Translations under genes and position numbers: made by a program
Part shown: positions 59,664 to 64,000 of the stretch, piece by piece
Position numbering within the stretch: position 1 is the first letter of the stretch
Layout of the letters: each line of letters begins with the position of its first letter
The notes under the pieces: generated by a model
What the model was told of the DNA's origin: nothing
What the model saw: the letters and a program-made list of their open reading frames with translations, nothing else
Database searches by the model: none
Assembly: GCF_009914755.1 (NCBI RefSeq)
Contig: NC_060935.1
Strand: one strand, 5' to 3'
Source: the human T2T-CHM13v2.0 reference genome, Homo sapiens
DNA: 64,000 nt

Positions 59664-60370
59664 TGGAGTCATGGCAGGGTCCCTTTCTGTCTGTCTCCTT
59701 GCTCTGCCCCAGACTGGGGGGCTGCAGAGGTGAGGGTATCTGGCCTCAACAGCTGCTTATTCCCGATGGGATGGCCTGGGCTGGGCCCCTGAGGCCAGGC
59801 TGACTTGGACATGGCAAGAGGGGTCCCAGGCTCTTGTGGGCAAAGCAGGGGAGGCGCCAATGTGGAGGAACAGAGTCTCCTGGCTGGCTGCTGCTCTCTG
59901 GAGCGGGTGGAGTCAGGGAAGAGCTGAGCTGGGGAGTCACCCTGGGCCTGGGGTCACCGTAGGCCCCATGTAGCACCCTGGTTCCCCTGCCTGTAGGTGA
60001 CAGGAGCCAGCCCAGCCAGGTGTGCTCCCTCCCCAGGCCCTAGGCAGGCGGGTACAGGGGCCAGCAGCTGCGCCCGCCCCACCTTCCTTCCCACCCACAT
60101 GCCGAAGGGTGGCCAGGCAGGCAGGTGGACGAGTCCAGGCAGCGGCTGAGTCAGTGTGTGTGGAATGTTCTGGCCGCTCCCAGCTGCACCCTGCCCCTAC
60201 CTGCCACCACCTCACCTTCATCCTCAGGCGCTGCGGCCCTGAGCCCCTGCCAGGAATGCACCTTTAGCCCAGGCCTGCTCAGTGAGCTCCGCCGACAGCC
60301 AGCCCTGCTCCTCCCGCCATGACCCTGCAGACCCCTCTGGGCTTCCAAGTTCCTGGGGGCTGCAGTGAAC

Positions 60371-63230
60371 ATGCTCCACCTGCATGGCTGGCAAACCATG
60401 GTGGGCCCCAGCTGTGGTGCGTCCTGGGGTAGAGGCAAGGAAGTGATGGGACCGCAGAGATGAGACCCCCAGGGATGAGATGGGACCCCCAGGCAGGGCC
60501 CAGGGTCCAGGGCCCAGGAGAGAGAAGCAGGGAGGGAGAGAGCTTCCTGGTGGAGGACGCATCCTACAGTGGGGGCAAGGGTGCTCTGAGGTCCGGTGAA
60601 GGCAGGGACTAGGCTGCCCAGGCCCTGCCTGCTTGGCTGGGGCTGGGGGCTGCTGGGAGGTGGCTGGGAGGCTGGGCCTGGGCAGCTAAGCTGGAGCTTT
60701 GGCCAGGGTCCAGAGCCTCCCTCCCTTCAGCTTCCTGCTGCACAGAACCCTCGCCCCTGGCCACCCCGTGCTGCCTCCTTGCCCTGGCAGACCCAGCACT
60801 GGCTGCTGCTAGTCAGATGGGGTAGCGGGCAGGGGCCGGAGGGGCCACCCTCCCAGCTGACCCAGCCTCCTGGGCCGCTTCTTCCAAACCAGCAGGGTAG
60901 AAAGATGGGGCACCCACCAGTCTCTCCCAGTGCCCCGGCCCCAGCTGGCACCACAGCTATACCTGGGCTTATTCCAGACCTTGTCGCCGGGACCCCCTGT
61001 GAGTTGTGGGATTCCCAAGAGGGGTGTGGGGATAACCCAGCCAAGTGGGGGCTGCAGCTGTCCACAGATGCACTCAGCCTGGCCTCTACCCCAGGGCCCC
61101 GCTGGGCTCTCATTGCCGGCGCCCTTGCCGCGGGCGTCCTCCTCGTCTCCTGCCTCCTCTGTGCTGCCTGCTGCTGCTGCCGCCGCCACAGGAAGAAGCC
61201 CAGGGACAAGGAGTCCGTGGGTCTGGGCAGTGCCCGCGGCACCACCACCACCCACCTGGTGAGGAGCGGCTCCTTGCTCACTCAGTCCAGAGAGGGCTTG
61301 AAATCCAGGCTCCAGAGCCCAGGGCAGCGAGGCGAGTTCAGCCCCAGGGATGGTTTAACCCCCACAGAGGCAGGGCGTTGAGGACCTTCCTGGCAGGGAA
61401 AGTGGGTGAACAGAGGTGAGAAGGAGGCCATGCAACAGGGGCTGCCCCATGGGCCCGAGGGAGCCACAGCGGGTTCTTGAGGAAGGCAGGGGGTACCCCA
61501 GATGCCACGTTTTGGGTGGGTTTGGCCGGTCTCACAGAGCGAAGCCGACGATTTGTGCCTGTTGGGTGGCCTGGCCTGGAGGCGGGGGGTCTTGACCCAT
61601 GTCATGCAAGGGCTGCCCGGGAGCCCAGGGCTCTGATGAGGCATGATGTCAGCACCACCTGCCCCTTGTCCCAACTCACTACAGGTGCAACCTGATGTGG
61701 ATGGCCTGGAGTCCAGCCCGGGGGATGCTCAGCAATGGGGGCGCCTGCAGCTCTCCCTGGAGTTCGACTTTGGAAGCCAGGAGGTGAAGGGCCCCGCTGC
61801 GCAGGACCAGCGGTTCTGCGAGTTTCCGGAAAGGGTGACGGGGGAAGGGCAGACCCCATGCCCTGGGTGGTGGGGAGCTGACAGGGCAGGGGCCCTTGGC
61901 TGAGCCCACCCCGCTGGCTCCCAGATCAGGGTGGGCCTGAGGCAGGCAGCCGACCTGAGGCCTGGGGGCACCGTGGACCCCTATGCCCGGGTCAGCGTCT
62001 CCACCCAGGCCGGACACAGACATGAGACAAAAGTGCACCGAGGCACGCTCTGCCCCGTGTTTGACGAGACCTGCTGCTTCCACGTGAGTCAGGGATGGTC
62101 GGCTGGGTGGGCCTGGACGGCTGGATGGGCCTGGGCTGGGTGGGCCTGGGCAGCTGGGTGGGCCTGGGCAGCTGGGTGGGCCTGAGCTAGGGCAGCAGGG
62201 CCTGGCTCACGCCGCTGCCTCAGATCCCGCAGGCGGAGCTGCCAGGGGCCACCCTGCAGGTGCAGCTTTTCAACTTCAAGCGCTTCTCGGGGCATGAGCC
62301 CCTGGGTGAGCTCCGTCTGCCACTGGGCACCGTGGATCTGCAGCATGTTCTGGAGCACTGGTACCTGCTGGGCCCGCCAGCTGCCACTCAGGTGAGGTGC
62401 TGGTCACCAGGCCACAGCCCAAGGCAGAGCTGGCAGGGACCCTGCCCTATGGGCCATCGGAAAGACAGGCCTGATGGGCAGCATTTTCGGGGGTCTGAGC
62501 CCCAACTCGGCCAGAATCACCCTCCCGGGCTGAAGCCCCTCTTGCTGCCCACAGCCCGAGCAGGTCGGGGAGCTGTGCTTCTCTCTCCGGTACGTGCCCA
62601 GCTCAGGCCGGCTGACCGTGGTGGTGCTGGAGGCTCGAGGCCTGCGTCCAGGACTTGCAGGTGAGGGTCACACCTGCCCACGTTGTTGTACAGAGGGGGG
62701 GCCCGTGCTCAGCCCCGAGCCCTGGGATGCCCCTTCGGCAACCTTGCCCTCCCAGAGCCCTACGTGAAGGTCCAGCTCATGCTGAACCAGAGGAAGTGGA
62801 AGAAGAGAAAGACAGCCACCAAAAAGGGCACGGCGGCCCCCTACTTCAATGAGGCCTTCACCTTCCTGGTGCCCTTCAGCCAGGTCCAGGTGGGCCACCG
62901 GGAGGCAGGGGCAGAGCGAGACCCAGTGCCAGACCACGATGACTGTGGTCTTTCTCCCCCAACTCCAACCTCTGGCCTGTCTCTGCACAGAATGTGGACC
63001 TGGTGCTGGCTGTCTGGGACCGCAGCCTGCCGCTCCTAACTGAGCCCGTAGGCAAGGTGCACCTGGGTGCCCGGGCCTCGGGGCAGCCCCTGCAGCACTG
63101 GGCAGACATGCTGGCCCACGCCCGGCGGCCCATTGCCCAGCGGCACCCCCTGCGGCCAGCCAGGGAGGTGGACCGCATGCTGGCCCTGCAGCCCCGCCTT
63201 CGCCTGCGCCTGCCCTTGCCCCACTCCTGA
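60371..63230 (+). CDS. SYT8: Synaptotagmin-8. Coding exons: 60371-60400, 60893-60998, 61095-61258, 61685-61783, 61925-62083, 62224-62391, 62555-62660, 62756-62889, 62991-63230. 401 aa from ATG 60371, or 387 aa from ATG 60905.
   Basis: All eight introns are GT..AG and the phases join into one ORF. The product has a short N-terminus, a TM helix ([20 protein letters not shown]), a Cys cluster, C2A (..[29 protein letters not shown]..) and C2B (..[24 protein letters not shown]..), ending at TGA 63228-63230. Confidence 0.96.
62101..62185. repeat. About 15-18-bp G-rich repeat GCTGGGTGGGCCTGG(GCA), about 5 copies, in SYT8 intron 5
   Basis: Direct tandem units inside the intron at 62084-62223. Confidence 0.85.
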
Positions 63231-63299
63231 ATGCACCACATGCCTCTGTCTCCCCGCTGAGCCCAGGCACTTGCCCAGGCCGCCCTGCAGGACCACTGC

Positions 63300-63305
63300 A
63301 ATAAA
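63300..63305 (+). terminator. SYT8: SYT8 polyadenylation signal AATAAA
   Basis: AATAAA about 70 nt after the stop codon, followed by a TGTGTGT element near 63322. Confidence 0.85.
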
Positions 63306-63686
63306 CGCCTTCTCCTGCCACTGTGTGTCCGGCTGGAGCCTGGAGGGGATGCAGAAATAGGGCCCGGGCCCGCTCACCAGGGTCCCCTGACAAGGACGGG
63401 GGAGGGGCTCCTCTCCAGACTCAGCCAGGCCCTGAGGCCTCTGACCGGTCCCTGCTTGACCCTCGGGTAGGGGTGGGGAACCTCCCCGGGGAGCACAGAT
63501 CTCCCCTCTCCGGGCCGCCTGGGAAGACCGGGGAGGTGGGGGCCAGAGAGTCGGGACCACATGGGATGGGGCGGGCTAGAGCCAGCCCTGTAGGGACAGA
63601 GTGGGCAATGGTGTCTGGGGGCTGGTGAGCATGGAGGGAGGACCCCCAACACCTCAGAGACCTGTGCTGCAGGGCCTTCCCTGCAT

Positions 63687-63704
63687 GAGCAGCAGGGGGC
63701 AGCA
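63687..63704 (+). promoter_or_regulatory. Weaker candidate CTCF site downstream of SYT8
   Basis: GAGCAGCAGGGGGCAGCA, one mismatch to the core. Confidence 0.4.
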
Positions 63705-64000
63705 GATGCCTTCGGAAGCCGCTGGGGCCTTTAGGGGCTCAGTCCTGGCCGGATGCCCCTCCCAGTCCCCACACATCTGGGCTGCCTTAGCGGCTGGGGC
63801 CTCCACGCTGCTGTCTCCTCTGATCCTCCCCACGGGGCTGCGAAGCCGGCAGGGCTGGGGCCAAGAGCCCCCACTCCGAGAGGGTGCCAAGTCATGGTCC
63901 AGGGGACCTCTGCAGGGCGGGGGCCTGGGGGCTGGGGGGGCGATGGCCTCGGGCCTGGGTGAAAAGGGCAATGCCAGGCCTGCCCGGGCAGCCAGGAGGG

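Noticed and set aside
60596-61381. 261-aa ORF as a separate gene
   Set aside because: It is SYT8 exons 2-3 read through flanking introns from a GTG start.
63330-64000. Start of the next gene (TNNI2 expected from recalled synteny)
   Set aside because: No exon or TATA box recognisable within the window.

Overview
Primate (human-like) genomic DNA. The gene content fits chr11p15.5 between CTSD and TNNI2; that placement is from memory and was not searched. The window has three zones. 1-11 kb is GC-rich, with minisatellites and MLT LTRs. About 11-46 kb is an AT-rich island of some 33 Alus, old L1 pieces, LTRs and DNA transposons, and it holds two retrocopies: RPL36A (ORF still open, stop codon lost) and ACTB. 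47-64 kb is GC-rich, with several tandem arrays and the complete 9-coding-exon SYT8 gene (+ strand, 401 codons from the first ATG). The most unusual object is the ACTB retrocopy. It is semi-processed, keeping one GT-AG intron while the others are gone, and its 5' UTR has expanded into a CpG-rich KLF/Sp1-motif minisatellite. Other notable points are an Arg in the conserved SYT8 WHxL motif, an overlapping uORF, an in-frame retainable intron, a near-palindromic CTCF motif and an Ig-switch-like repeat. I found no evidence for a new multi-gene system. Almost all ORFs in the track are repeat-derived or GC-driven noise. Repeat-family names and boundaries were judged by eye and are approximate.
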